Shown here piece by piece: positions 11,801 to 26,800 of a stretch of 64,000 bases of DNA (position 1 is the first letter of the stretch; each line of letters starts with the position of its first letter). The position numbers and the translations under genes are program-made. Origin of the DNA: Botryllus schlosseri (lineage: Eukaryota); NCBI GenBank assembly GCA_051294905.1, contig CM119372.1, positions 18,786,001-18,850,000 of the forward strand, in the 5' to 3' direction. The notes below the pieces were generated by a model that worked only from the letters and a program-made list of their open reading frames with translations, searched no databases and was not told the origin of the DNA.

Positions 11801-14800
11801 AGAAGGCGTGATGGAGTATCACGGCCAGAAAAACATGCACGATACTGCCCTCTCATACAAAATACAGAATAATTCAAGGAAACGGCAATCTCTGCCGATG
11901 TAGCATCTGCAAGGCTTGCTAGCGGACTAGATATTTTTGCTCATTCTCGATTTTGGCACCGTTTCCTTGTATCCGATATTCATCGGGTCTCTCTCCGGGC
12001 GTGTTTGTAAAGACGATTTTTTTATGTTCATCCGCTCGAGACACAATGTACTATACAATGTGCTGTAGAGACGTGAGGTCAGAATCTATCACGCACCTAG
12101 ATTTATTGCACGATATAACTGTCTTTGATCTTGATCGTTCGGCTGTTTTATCATTCGCTTTGCTGTATTCGACCAACTCACTCAGCGCCAGGTCAATTCC
12201 GGTCCTGTTTCAGCGACCCGGTCATTTTCGAGCCTTCGCCGCGACCCTGGCCGTTTGGCACCGATTTGGAAGCCGACAGTCAAAGCATGAATCAAAGAAA
12301 TGTCTTGAAGTGGGAAAAGGACGAGCAGTACGGTGAGTGACCTGACTGATATACCACAGGTGGTCTAAGTAGAGCATTCATTGCGGCTACTCATATGGTG
12401 CCCAATTACGAGTAGCAGTAGCAGTTTCCAAAGCATGTCAAAACTACTTGAAATGGAAGTAGAAATGAAGATTTGAGAAGTACTAAGTAGTTCAAAAGTA
12501 GATTTGGTCAAAGGGTGCGTGCTTATAACAGTTTATCGGAGGTGGCTAATTACGGGCTCGCGCGGTGACTCGTCATTGTGATAATTTCACTTACAAAAGC
12601 AATGCAAACATGTCCCAAACCTGCTTCATACTTTTCAAAATCCAAAGTGTACAAATGAGAAGGGGAGGTAGGCACAACCAACTTGAGTAAAGGTAGAAGT
12701 ACGTCGTTGCTGAAGGCCTCTGGATATTTTACGCAGGCGAGCTGGCGACGATATCGCCTGTTTTGTACGCCAACGTCAAGTATCCTGAGCTGAAAACCGA
12801 ATATCCTGACTGGACGACAAGGGCGCGACACATTTCAAAGTTGTGGAGGAAAACCACGCCCGAAGAAAGAGCTCCGTTTTTGGTAACGCTCGTTTGCTTT
12901 CTGCCTCGTGTTTTACTTCGACATTATCTCCATACTTCGAATTTCGCCTCGCAGTCGAAAGCAAAGGACAACCGATCGTTGCTGAAGACGAGCAGGACTC
13001 GGAAAAGCGAATCGAGCAAAACTCCGACGCCGCCCGTGCCATCGGAGACGCCGGAAATGAAACCGTCGGCCGCAGGGGTGAGTTCGGTCGATGGAATTTT
13101 CTTCACTCATGTTCGGTTACTTTTTACAACCAAATAGTTAGGTGTGGCGGCTAGGGTTGAATGAGGACTTGAATCCGAATCTAGTATTGATTGTAAAAAG
13201 TCGAGTAGTGTGAGGCACTTTTTTATAGTATTGAAATTTACGTCCCTTTCATCTAAGATTTATATTATTAACGAGAATTATGGTTTTGATAGTTCTTGCC
13301 ACCGTGGAGGCCTTAAAACCCCCCCACTGGTCATTAGGGCTCTTCTAAAATGACTTTTTTATCAAATTGTACTGGCTACTTGATAAAATTGTTAGGTTAC
13401 CTAATTTAAGCCTACACACAAAATTTGGTTCAATTCCAGCCAGTAACCGCTTTGCTACAGGAGAAGAAAGTTTCTATTTATTATGTAAAAATAAATAATA
13501 AAAAATTGAAAATTTTCTGTTCACTCCATGAAAGTGTTAGGTTGTCTATAGAAACGATGCTCACCAAATTTGGTTCAATTCCAACTAGGGGAAGCGGAGT
13601 TATTGCCGTCGAAAAATTTTGATTTGAATAAAATAGTATTTACGGTGACCGATTCTTTGTTTATTTATTATAGTTGTGCTCACCGTAAATACTATTTTAT
13701 TCAAATCAAAATTTTTCGACGGCAATAACTCCGCTTCCACTGGTTGGAATTGAACCAAATTTGGTGAGCATCGTTTCTATAGACAACCTAACACTTTCAT
13801 GGGGTGAACAGACAACTTTCAATTTTTTATTATTTATTTTTATATAATAAATAGAAACTTTCTTCTCCTGTAGCAAAGCGGTTACTGGCTAGAATTGAAC
13901 CAAATTTTGTGTGTAGGCTTAAATTAGGTAACCTAACAATTTTATCAAGTAGCCAGTACGATTTGAAAAAAAAGTCATTTTTGAAGAGCCTTACTGGTCA
14001 TATCACAGCTCCAATACATGTATTGCAAAGCTGTTAGCATTAGCGGAAATAACATTCCTTTTTTACATCGCATTGGCCAGGTGGGTGTCTGATTTGGAAG
14101 ACTACACCAAGTCGTTTCGACACCTTCCTATCTTTCATTACATCGCAGTCTTGTGTTGTATTGAAATGATGAAATTTTTAGCAATAAATTGAATTGAATT
14201 GGTTGAAGAAACACCAAATTATATCTGACGCCGTGAACCGCATTATTCTTGCATAAAATATACAGATCTGAACCTTCCATGTCATCCATACTATGTGGAT
14301 TTGGGATTTTACCGAAACGTAGAGTTGTCATTGCTTCTTATTTTCCATTGGTGATGCATACTTTTGTACATTTGTACAAGTACATCCTTGTTTTAGCTTG
14401 CTTTATTCGCTGTAGGTAGCTTGTCGGGAATTTTTTGGTTGTGGGCTATTAGTATTAATGTTTTTTATGTGTAATACTGTTTTCCCGGTACGCAATCAAT
14501 GGAATTACTGACGTTACGGCGAATTTTACAGACCATGGAGAATCCATCGAGGCCTGACGCCAGTATGACGGAATTTTCTTCACAGCTTAACGCTGTAACC
14601 TTTGAATCTACGGCCATCACAAGCAACGCGACAATGGGACTGGGATATTCTTCTTCCGCAACTCCGCTTTGCAGGTACAATCGTGTTGACAAATTTGCGA
14701 TCCCGCACTCAAATGACCAAGAAGGCTTTTGCAACTGATTGAAGTTTTGGAAACACCGACTTGTGTACTGTAAAAGCGTAGAGTTTCTAGCTACTTTACT

Positions 14801-17800
14801 TTCTGTGTCTCCCTGTTGCTACCTACTAGTCGCATGACAATATTTGAGGCAATCCGAAGAGTATTTGTCTTGTATAGCTTTTCAACGACGACGTTAGCTA
14901 TCTGATGATCCTATCCAATCTTTTGTCCCATACAGCGCTTCTTCGCACGTGGAGGCAAAGCCATCTGCCACAACAACTGCGACCGTGTCCGAGTCACCTT
15001 CCAAGTTGCAGGTAAATTCCCGATGAAGTACCTTTGTACGTTTAAAACACGTCTAGCCGCCTTCATTTTCTAAGCACGATCACAGGGCTCCATTTCGCAT
15101 TGTTTTCGTGATGGCAGTCTGTTTTCGTAGTAGTTATTTCTTTGGTGTTGACTAAAGATTGACCTTCCTCACCACTAAAGGCTATTTCATTCGATTCTTA
15201 TGACAATTTCACTTATGGAAGTGTGATGTCAGCCAATCCCAATGCCACTTTCCGTTTTATAGTATGAAAAACAACCATTCGAGTGAGTCGTACAAGTAGC
15301 GTAGAATTTCTTCGGTACTGACCACCGTCCGCTTATCACCGGATCAATAACAGGAAGATGGTATCGAAAGAAAAACAATGTGTATTCGCCCAAGCTCTGA
15401 ATCCAGGGAAACATTCTTGTCTGTGGAGATATTTTTGTCATTTTTCAATTCGTCTACGCAGACTCCGGCGTGTGCCTTGCAGCCTAAAACAGAACGCGTT
15501 ACGTCGGACGCTCCAACCAGTGCTAGCGGCCCGTTTCCACAAACGGAACCGTCCATGTTAGCGCCCAAATTGGAAGACACGCCGACAAAATCGCCGGCGG
15601 CCGCGGGGGTGACGAGATCGAAATCGCTGGGCACATCGCTCGGCGAGCAAGGATCGCAGAAGTCTTCGGAAGACGTCGCCAAAATCAGGAGATTGTCGGT
15701 GGATTCTCAAGTGCAGCAAGCGTCGGTTTCTCGTGATGCTGACACCAAGCCGACGATGTCCTTACCGTCATCTGTCGTGCACCAGTCCACGCCTCAGAGA
15801 AAGTAAGTTCCGAGATATCTCTATATTTTTATATTTTTTCTATAGTTGTGTAATTGAATAATATGTTCATGTTGAAATAAACCCGAAATTTTCTGCTCAC
15901 ACTCGTTACAGTTAATTGTCAGCAACTAGTAGAGATTTCAAACGAACTTGGTATCTGCACCTACAAGAGTCTCTTCATATATTCATCTACATTGTTTCCT
16001 GCATGCATTGTTACTTTGTCTTCCAAACATACAGATATTATGAAAGGTTGCCGGGGCTGAATCGAGAAGTGCTGCCCTTGTTCTTACCCATCAGTCAGCT
16101 TGGTGAACACGTCAAATATTTATAGCGTGTGTTCTCCACAAAACTTTATCATTGGTGGCAGGTGATATTGGTGAAGATCACTAGTGTACTTTCTAGCCCA
16201 GACATACATATCTGTACGAAAATAGGTTAGGGATTGCTGTAATGTGGTCTTTGAGTGTGTTAGCTGTTGTTTTTTGATTACCGTTTCATGTCTTCATTTT
16301 TTAAGCGCACGACGAGCGCGTCTATGGGAGCAGTCGCAGAATCACCCACCGCCCCCTCCTTACCCTTCCGTGTCAGGTGGGGCCATTCAAACTATGCAAG
16401 GGATGATGTATCCGCCGATGGGCGCGAGAGGACAAGTGATGACGATCGGGCAGACTATAGGTCCGGGAGGTGAGACGTCGGCGGAATTTGGTTTTGTGGA
16501 CGTATGAGATTGCCGGCTGTGATTTGTTGCTTGCCAATGGGGTTAAAATCGTATCGTCGCTGATGCTGGAGTGCGAATAGAAGCAATTCAGTAAATTTGT
16601 ACTCAATGTAAGAGTATCGGTTTTTCTAGATATGCTAGAACTTCTTTGAGTAGAAGATGAGTAATTTGAGCCTTTGCTTCAGGACTGCGGAACAATGACT
16701 AACAGCATCACTAAAATGCTTTGCAAAATGTCAGATTGTATTTTGTAACAGTAACTTGATAGGTGTAAGTGGTGCAAGTGCATCCAAACACCACTCGAAA
16801 AAATCTTGCACGCAAAAAGTGAAGAAGTTTCACTGCGAAAACCGCAGTAATCAAATAGCATCACTGCTTGAGTACTCCGAAAAGGTAGAAGTACTTTGGT
16901 ACTGACCGCCGCCTTTGTTATTGTGCTGACGGTTTCATGGATTTGGTGCGTTTTATTTCACAGGCGGTACAACCTATGCCGTTTTCACACATTAGTGTAA
17001 ACCTATTCCATTAGTGTAAGCAATTGCGAGATGTAAGCTGGAAATCCTGTGCCAGGCGAAATCGATATCGGCAGTTTTTATTTCAGTAGATTACTATGCC
17101 AAGACAGCGTATTCCTTGTGCGTTTTTTTTCTTCGCCTAATCGTTGCACTTCATATCATAATATCCTTGCAGGCACAATTCTATGCGCGACTTCGCCTGC
17201 CATGCACAACGCAGGAATGTTACGGTTCCCGTTCGAAGCCGTGTCCCAGCAGGGCATGATGCCGGCGCACGTCATGCAGCAGCACCCTTTTCCACCTGGA
17301 ACCATGCCTATGACGGTATACCACTTTGACCAATTGCAACCGATGTGTTTGCTATCGACTCCTTTTTACAGTACCGATCGCAGCATCCGCCTGGAGCTTA
17401 TATCGAATTGCGACACACAAACGAAAGCGATCCGGCCGTCAGGCGGCAGAATATTTTGAGAATGATGGGTCCGCAGAACGCAGCGCAGCCTGAGCCGCCC
17501 GCGTCCCTGCCACAGACGGTCGCCAAGGAAGTGACCCCGGTTGTCACCAGTGCGCCTGTGGATGTCAAGGTGAGTTTGTCGATCTCTTTCAAGAGTGAAA
17601 TCGTTATTTGAACCACATGAAAAAGTTATCGCAGGAACTGCTGAATATATTTTCAAAGACTGCACCAACCCAGAAGTGGTCAGTTTTCAGAGCAGGCCTA
17701 CTCAAGTGGATTTCATATGCTTTTTTCCTAGTTATTGAGTAGTTATGTTTACTTCCACTTCTACCTTAACAGATTTTCGGCAAAACCACACACTTCTTAC

Positions 17801-20800
17801 AATTTGGATTTTGAAAAGCATAATGTAGCTTGAGGATATGTTTCCGTCATTTTTATGAATGAAGTTATCAGCGGAACTGCATTAAGAGCTCCGGCATCCC
17901 GGTGACGAAATGTGTTTTCCAAGATTGCACCTTTTTATGGTAACATTAGTCGTTGATTAATCATTATGCATTAGTCATAAAGATGGGCGTGCTTCGTATT
18001 GATTATTTATATGTGGTTTGCCTTGTTGGTTTTGCGGTGATACGTGTAGATTTGAATATGATTGCAGCAGAAGTTGTCCAAGAAGTCGTCTTTGGTACTG
18101 AAAACTGGGAGTAGAGGTATCGTCTTAGATTTCTACTCTCGTACATGCAGAATTAGAGATCTCTAAGCAAGAACAAAGTAAGTAGGCCTATACGAGGCTT
18201 AGTTTTGAATAAGATGTGAAATCTGGTTGAGTAAAAGTAGTTTAAAAGCGTAACCAGCTGACTGGGTGGTGCAAATTGGAATAACTAACTTTGAGTAGGT
18301 GTACTTGGTTGGCGTCACGTTGACTTTATCAACACTGGAACTTGACCTTCGACGCTTTTTCCCATAACAGGCCTACAGCGACTGTTGAGAATAAGATATT
18401 TATTGTTTTTTCAGGCCGAAGTCGAGACGCAGCCTACCGTTGCTGCCGCAGATCTCAAAGCACAAGACCCCTTCGCCGGGGGTCTGATGCCGCAAGACGA
18501 ACACTTGGATGCTCTCTTGAGGAGCGACGAATTCAAAGATCTGCATTTTCAGGTTTGCGAATGCCGCCAGCACACAATACAGCCCGAGTCTGATACACGT
18601 CTCCTCCAGACTTGAGTTAGTCGTTATCTAAAAGATTGCAGCATTTTCAAGTTACGATCGCATTTTTCAGGGTGAACAAAACGTCTCGAGCGGTCCATCT
18701 CCGATCCCTAGCGGTAGCGGTGAATCGATAACAACGCAGGCCGCAATCACAGCGTCAACAACGGCGACCATTTCGAGTAAAAGCTCAGAAAAGCAACCGA
18801 CTGCTACAGCGATCTCTCAAGATGTATCGACAGAACCGTGCAAGAGAGATGATGGCGAAAAGGCTGCGACAAACGCACAAATTGAAGAGAAAATCAGCGA
18901 CGTGGCTAGTTCTTCGAAATCTGATGCTGAATCTAATAAACAAGATACCGGCACAGTTTCCGAATCTGTTAGGGAATCAAATTCGAGTGAACACGAAGAT
19001 AAAGGAGACAGTGTCAAAGAAAAAGTTCCTGCGTCCGACGGTAAGCTAGATTCTGACAAAGAAAAAGTTGTTCCGACTACTGAAACGAGTACAAAATCCG
19101 CAGAGAAGGACGCTGTCGAAAAGGAAATAGACCAGTTGGATCATTGCTATTCAAGATCTGCGAAAGACGACGGTAAAACAAACGACGCCATGACGAAGGC
19201 TCTCGCGAAACTGCCGTCACCCATTCCGATCGGTGACAACGCAGACAGCACGCAGCCGAGAGGAGTCGGACTCACGCCTCCGCCAGTAGCCGAAGTACCG
19301 TTTCTGCCATCAATAGAGGAAAAGAAGCCAGATTCAACGTCGCCACTGACGGTGAGTAACGTAATAACGCTGCCGCCGTCACCTCCTGTATTACGCAGCC
19401 GCGTTGAGTCTCCCAAGGAAACGGTTGCTGAAGAAAACAAGAGGCTGGAAGTTGATTCGGGTTTGGTAAAAAGCAATAACACGCTCGAGAAAGACGCAGA
19501 CATGGCTGTGTATCCGAAATCTCCGGTAGCGTCTCCTGTGGCTCAGAATCTCTCGAAATTTGCGAAAGTACCGGAAAAGACAAAGGCCGACGTCGCTGAG
19601 ACTTTGGCAGCATATGAAAATATGAAACCTTCTGAGATTTCGGACAAAAGTGAGGCAGAGAAGAACAATGTTGAACTAAACAAGGCTCAAACCGCACGTG
19701 AAGAAGCGGACGACAGGAAAGACCAGCCGATGGAAACGGAAGACAGCGTCGGTATGGAAAATGTATCGAAACAAAATGAAGGTGGGGCGGCTGTAGCTGG
19801 TGCCCAATTCCACGGTGAGGATCCTGATAAAAGCATTGAAGATAAATCGGAACAGTCGAAAAATGCCGAGGAGATTGTACGGCCGATGGAAGTCGTGGAG
19901 AATGACGAATCGCGTCACGAAAATGCTGAAAAACTGATGGATGTCAAGACCACAGCTGATTCTGTCCTGCCGGGCGTTGTTTGTACCGGGGCCAGCGCGG
20001 AACAGCCGTCTCCGCAGTTAGCGACTGCAGTCACATCAAGTGTCATCGTGCCCCGGACTACAGTCACAGAGGGTCAGGACGCGTCGTCCGTAGCGCAAAC
20101 CATAACCGTGATCCACACATCTATCGCCACAGTGACCGCGTGCAAAGTCCCAGCGCCACGTACAGCACAAGCTGCAGCAGCGTCTAATGTGGCGCTGACG
20201 CAAGCTAACCACACGCAAATCGTCTCCCTGCCCTGTGTAACAGCACAAGGGCCGATGCCTGTTGCAGTGTCTGCGGTTTCTAGCGTATCGCAAACTGCCG
20301 TTACCCACACGGCAAGTGTGGATACTCATACAGCCGCACAAATGACAGGTGGTGTCAGTCAGGATGACGGTACTAAAGGAACCGGTGCGCAAAAGCAGTG
20401 GCCGTTACTAATAAAAGAACAGCCGCTCATCTTGCAGGAGCTGCTCGATCAAGAGAAACGGGAGCAGGAGAAAGCCAGGTTCGAGTCTGTTCGCAATGAC
20501 ATATTCCTGTACTGATGTTACTGAAATGATTTCTATTAATAGATGTAACTGGCATTGTTTACTTTGTGGTCATGTAAGAAGTACGTATTTGGTCACTTTG
20601 GGTCCCTCTTACTGTGATGACGTCATAATGAGGGGTACTTCTCACTAGACTTAACTGGAAGCGGAAAATCCCCCAATGCATTCATATCGGCTGACCAATT
20701 TATTTGCGCCTCAATGAGATTTCATATTCACAAACCCGCGAACGTTTGAAGCAAGCTAACCAGATATTCAGTATCAGTCCCTCGATAAAAGTCTCCAAGC

Positions 20801-23800
20801 GCTTAGGTTACGCCGTTACCTTTGAAATTTTTGGTTATAGTAATTCTCTCTGCTGTAGACGTGAGAAGATGATGCAGTCGCAATCCATGATACCTCCGCA
20901 AGGAGGCGGCCCACCTGGTGTGCCCGGGGTGTACAACGTACCTGGCGTCGACGTCGACAAAGTGCCGACAGACAGCGGCATCGACACGATCAAAATGGAG
21001 TTTTTGTCAAGAATGAACGAGGTATGGTTGAGATTTTTTGAGCGTTGTCGCTCAAGTCATGATGTTTTTGTGCCGGTTTAGGCTGCGAAAGCAGGTCTTG
21101 CTGGGCCTGCCGCAAAAAGCGCGATTATCCAACCCGGGGCTGGTCCGGCGCACGTTCAACAACAAGCGTGGCTGGCATCGCCTGTAACCGGGGCTGTCAT
21201 TCAACAAACTGGTAGGCTGTTACGTTTGCTCCTCTGCCTTTTTTCGTTTGCCAATATTATGTTGCGATTTTAGGAGCCGTGCATACCGGCGGCGATACAG
21301 ATGTGGGAAAGTACCGTGCGTGGCTTATTCAGCAGCAGCATTTGTTCCAAGTCAGTTTTTATGTTTGTTTTCGGTATTTCTTTGTCTTTATTACGTTGTC
21401 CCCCAGTGAACTTGTTACTTTTTTACATCATTTGAAGTAGGAGCATGTGTCAAAATAGCGTCTGACACTTCAGTATGCGACACCTGAGCATTTGGGTTGA
21501 AGTTAAGGTTAGGGTTTGATTTGTGGTCAGAGTAAGGGTTAATTTTAGGGGTATAAAGTCAAGTGCTCAAGTGATGAATGCTAAACTTTCGTCTCAAATG
21601 TCTGGCAACCAGTTTTTCACTATTTGGTCCCGTATATCTTGGAAATGATTACTGATTATCCCTAAAATTGTAGATGTGATGTGGTAATACTGATGCAGTG
21701 ATATAATTACCGTGAAATAATATAACGAATGCTTAGATGCGAGTGATGTGAGTCCTAGACACGTGCGATTTCATCGTCTGTTACTTTCCGCGTCAGATCC
21801 AAATCCCGAAGCAAGAGCAGCTGATGCAAACCAAAAAGACGAGGAAACAGTCGCTGATGAAGAAACGCAACCTTTGCAAGAAAAACGGGAAGGAATTCTC
21901 ATTGGAAGACGCGGAGGAATTGAAAATTGTTGCCAAACAATACACTGACGCGCAACACGGTTTAGAGAAGGTATGACATGACCGATCTTGGAAGCCTGTC
22001 CGATTTTTAAGCTTACCGTCGGCATTTCCATCTAGCTTCGTAATGATTACAAGCAACACGCCGAACTGATGAGCGACTTTAACATGAGGCAACGGCACCT
22101 GATGGAGTCTATGACGGGTATGTTTTTACTCCGCTGCTCTGTGATGCGCAGAAGTGGTCATTGATGATACACAACTAGAGACAATGCAGTGAATTTCTGC
22201 ATGGCTTGGGATTGACGATTTCAATCACTATTTCAATTTCAATAACTGTGTCAACAAAAAGAGTTTGTGCATCATCTAAAAATAGTACATTGAACGCTCT
22301 TGTAGTCGACATTTCATGCTGGTGACGTCATATTTTGTGATACGATTGTTGATATACGATGTTCTTTTGAATTATCTACTAGTTGCCGACGATTACCCTT
22401 GATGAGTGTCAGCCGAAAATATTCGGGTTCATTTCAATATGAATATACTGTTCAATCAATCACTAAAGTGATACAAAGTTGTTGAAATCCTACTTTGTAC
22501 TCGGGAAAATATAAAATGTAAGTGGATAAGGTTGAAAATGTTAAAGTAGAGGTAGTCTAAGACGATTACTTGAGTAAGTACTTCAAGTAGGTTACCCGCT
22601 TAAGTACTCAGAATAGTAAGAGTACTGTGAGTGACTGACTGACTAATGACTGAGACTGCTATACATAATTGTTCATTGCAATGTTCTTTGCAGTGACTTG
22701 ATATCTACATTGATAATAGAAAATTGCTAACCCAGTCTCGAAGGGTTTGAATTGAATGTCTGTAGAAATATCAAGTGTTTGAAATGATTGTATCGCATTT
22801 GTGTTGCAGGCATAGTTCAGCAGAACCCGCAAGTAGCTGCGACGTTGGACGGCGCGCAACAGCCGCAATCACTCCTCATTCAGCACACCGGTAAGTGTTA
22901 TTTTCCTTCCGACATCTCGCTGATGTCTGGTGTTTCTTAGTTCTCTTTGTGTTCAGCTGCGCCCGCACTTCAGCAAAAGCCAGCTCAGCGAATTATGATG
23001 CCTCAATTTCAAGGCGGGGCTCTGCAACAGGGCGTCCCTCAGCAGCAGATCGTCATGATGCAACCGAGAGGGCCGCAACAAGTCATCATCAAAAGCATGC
23101 CTGGTATTGTGATGTAATACTTTCCACGGGAATCCCTTTCCCGTGTCCTAGGCAATTAGTAGAAAGTATTTCCGTTGCTATGTGGTGTACACTAAGTAGA
23201 CGTTATCTACGCATATTTACACGTACGAATCACACAAGAGGTGGTCAGTAATGAAGCACCTCTACTGTAATTGAATATAATATTAATTTTGAAATAAACC
23301 TATATGTTTTCAATACACAATTGGTAGTAGAGAATTGGAAAGGACATTGTGTATCAATCATATCAGTTGATGACGAGAGTCGGCCTATAATATTTGGTTT
23401 ATATCAATATGAATATATGTTTTGTTCCACAAAGAGCAAATTAATGCTGAGAGTGTGAAAACATTTTGGCAGCAGCTAAATTCCTCGGAATTATTTCAAC
23501 TGCAATATTGAATAAATTGATATATAACTGAAACAGAAACTATAACAGAAAATGTGAAAATTGTTTTGCTTCGATTCGATTACGGTGGCTTTCCGAGGAA
23601 AATGGGTGCTGCTAAAAATTTCTCATACTTTACCTCAAATTTGAGGCCGCATTATAACTCAAGCACAGTGCCCCTTCAGTTCTTTCAACTTCCAAACTCA
23701 CTTGTACCACACTGACACAGGCGCTGCCAACGTCTCGGGACCCATGCCCGTAGCAGCCCAACCGCCCGCTTTGGACATGCAGCAACAGGGACAGGTCGCG

Positions 23801-26800
23801 GTGCCTTCGCAGGTGCCGCAGCCAGGGCAACCGATGATGGCTCAATTTCAGAAGATGCCCGGCTTGAGGTTTGGAATCGATGCTGGATTTGCATATCATT
23901 TCTTGTTTTCATCGACAATGTGCTATTTAGAGCCGCCAACCCCGGCCAGATACAGCAAGTGCACATCGCCCATCATCCCCAACCCCAGCTACAGATGATG
24001 CAGCCGCAACAGCACCCGCCTCCGCAAGCCAGCCCGCAATTTGGCAAGCCGCCTGGTAAAGAGCAAGCCGTCACATCCACGAGTAAGTAGTTATAGAATT
24101 TGATCGGACTGCCGAGGTATTGGTATAATTTGGGCACCCTACTTGCTTGTCACACCCCATCTTGTCTAGAGTGTCTAAATTCGCTTGTTCTGTAAACTGG
24201 CAAGGCCGAACCAAATCTTTTCAACACTAAACAAATCAGTTGTCTTTATTTCACAATGAATATTTTTAAATGCCAGGGGTGTTCGCTATCTTACACTCTG
24301 ATATTGACATTGCTATCGCATCACATTCGAAGATTATTCAGACACTAGTCGCAGAGGATTATTGCGTGAAATTGAATACCACATGTGTGTTTTTAAGATT
24401 TCTATTGCAGCTTGCCTCGATATGATTCTGTTGCGTTGTGGTGCCCTTGTTTATTTTCTCTTCATTGGAAAGTTTGATACTGTTTTGTACGCCCGTTATT
24501 AGCCGTTTATTTCCTTGGCGTTGAGAGATAATGGGTGACTGTACTACTTAAATGCGGATGGACATTTTTTTCGCAGACAACTGCTAAATTGACTCAAATA
24601 TTTAAAAATACGATGTAAAAGCTGAAGCAAAGCAAATGCTAAAGCAAAAGCTAATGCAATTGATCACGAGTGCGTCACACAAATATTGGATATCAGTAAC
24701 GATACATCGGTAAATAATAATCTGCGTCCGCTCATCTCTGAATAATACATGATAATACGATGTAATCCGACAAGACGTCTGACGGTATTGCTATGAAACA
24801 GTCTTCCGGCGACGTTATATATTAATTTTCTCCGTCCCAGACACGACGGAAACGCCGGCGCAGACTCCGCACGACGACTTGATGCAAATGCAGATGCAGC
24901 AGTTGATGGCGTTGCAAATGGAACAGCAGCAGCAAATGGCCGCTCAGCAGGTATGGGTAGGAATCTGTGTGTGTTTAGAGCGAGCGTATTGCTTTGTCAG
25001 GCTTTGCGATAGATGACTTGATTTTATGGAGGTGTCTGGTATTACTCACAGATTCTTGTTTAAATGGGATATTGCTATTTATTTACTCTGTGCTTTTTCT
25101 CAATTAATATGGATCGTCGATTGATATTGTTGCCCCCTATCCTCCCCTGGCTGCTTAATTTTCGTATTCTGTGCCCATTACATTTGCATTATAAATCCGT
25201 AGCGTACAGCCTTTTGGGCTATATTTTGCACATAGGTTTTCTGATGATTACAAAACCCATCGTCCACTTGAGAATTAATAACGGCGACGGTGTGACTTGT
25301 CAGTAAAATACGATATCGAATTACAAAGCACAGTTATTTATATTTAGACATGAATCACGCAAAGCGCCAGAATAAATTCAGGTTATTGAATGCATTTTGG
25401 TCAAAATATTCATGTGCAGAGTTGAAATACTCATATTATTATCGATTTTAATGTTTTAGTCCCATTTTCTGACCCATTTGAGAGTGGCTCAAACCTTTCG
25501 CACTGTAACCTAACGTAGAAAAACATTTCGCAGCATTCACCTCGCACATGCACACCCCTGATATAAAGTAGTGTAGGCATATCTAGAGATTTTTCGTTCC
25601 TTACATATCGATATACCATACTTGAAATTAGTGTTGGCATGTGAAGTGCTACATACGGCGCTCTATGAAATAATATTTATTATTAACAATATTTTTATCT
25701 GCCTCTTGCAGAACCCAGACAAACCAAAGCCCAAGCGTAAAAGAAAGAAAAAGAAGACCCAAGCCGAAAAAGAAGGGGAGGAGAAACTGGCGCGGGTCAC
25801 GCAGCAGATGCAGCAAGTGCAATACGTCCACCAGGCCCCGGGCATGCAGCAGCAGCAGCTTCACCGGCCCATGACGCCCAACATGACCCAGCAGCATCAC
25901 ATGATGGCGCCGCAAGCCCGATTCGCGTCGCCGCAAATGCAGATCCCGGCCCAGCCACCTACCCCGACCAGCACCCCGACTTTGATGGGACCACCGTCTC
26001 GACCACCCACCCCTCTCTCTTTTCCCCCCGCCAGCACCCCTATGGGTCATATTATGACCAGCCCACAGATGATGTCACCAGTCAGCGGGAGTCATATGAT
26101 GGCCGTCGGTCCGCAGTCGTTTCATAACGTGATGACGATTCAAGGATCGAATATTATTGCAAGCGGTGGAGCTGTGCTGCACAGTGGTGGGGCCGCGGTG
26201 CAAACTGTATCACCTGTGACCGCTATTTCGTCGCAAGGTTCTGCGAATAGCAACCTTGTTCCGTCTCAGAGGCTACTTCACACTGGAATGTTGGTGCACG
26301 CGCCCGGAGCTATGTCGTCTCAGAGTTTCGCGTTTTCTTCCAATGTTCCAGTGAGCATGAAGGTTTGTTGAGCACGATTTTGCTACTTCGTTCAATGGTT
26401 GCTAGCGAATTTACCACTTTGACCACCCCTAATCGTTACCTACTCCAACCCGAATACAATAATACACACGTAACAAGTGATGTTTTCATGATGCCAAATT
26501 CATTAAGTGCCGTATATCCCAATTCACAATTGTATTCGAGGAAACATTCACTTTCGGATTTATTTATACAATATTGATGTAGCACTTTCACAACAATAAT
26601 AGTCCTTGCGTTTCCAATGCGGACATCATCAAGTGACAAATTCACTATTTGGTTATGGCGAAGTGACAAAATTGCCACTTTAAATACTATTATTTGCTAA
26701 AACGATCAAAATTTCAGTTTGGGATTGCTCCGCTTCTGCCAGCAAATTATCGACTAGCTGCTGACGATTAGCTATGCTGAGTGTTAGCCAAAAATATTTG

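Noticed and set aside
16964-17020. Possible KMT2C/D micro-exon after tttcacag
   Set aside because: The phase-compatible frame hits a stop, and exons 16306-16469 and 17173-17315 join in phase without it.
18902-20515. 537-aa ORF as a stand-alone gene
   Set aside because: It lies within a 1.8-kb KMT2C/D exon (acceptor 18670, donor 20479) and ends in the KMT2C/D LQELLDQE motif.
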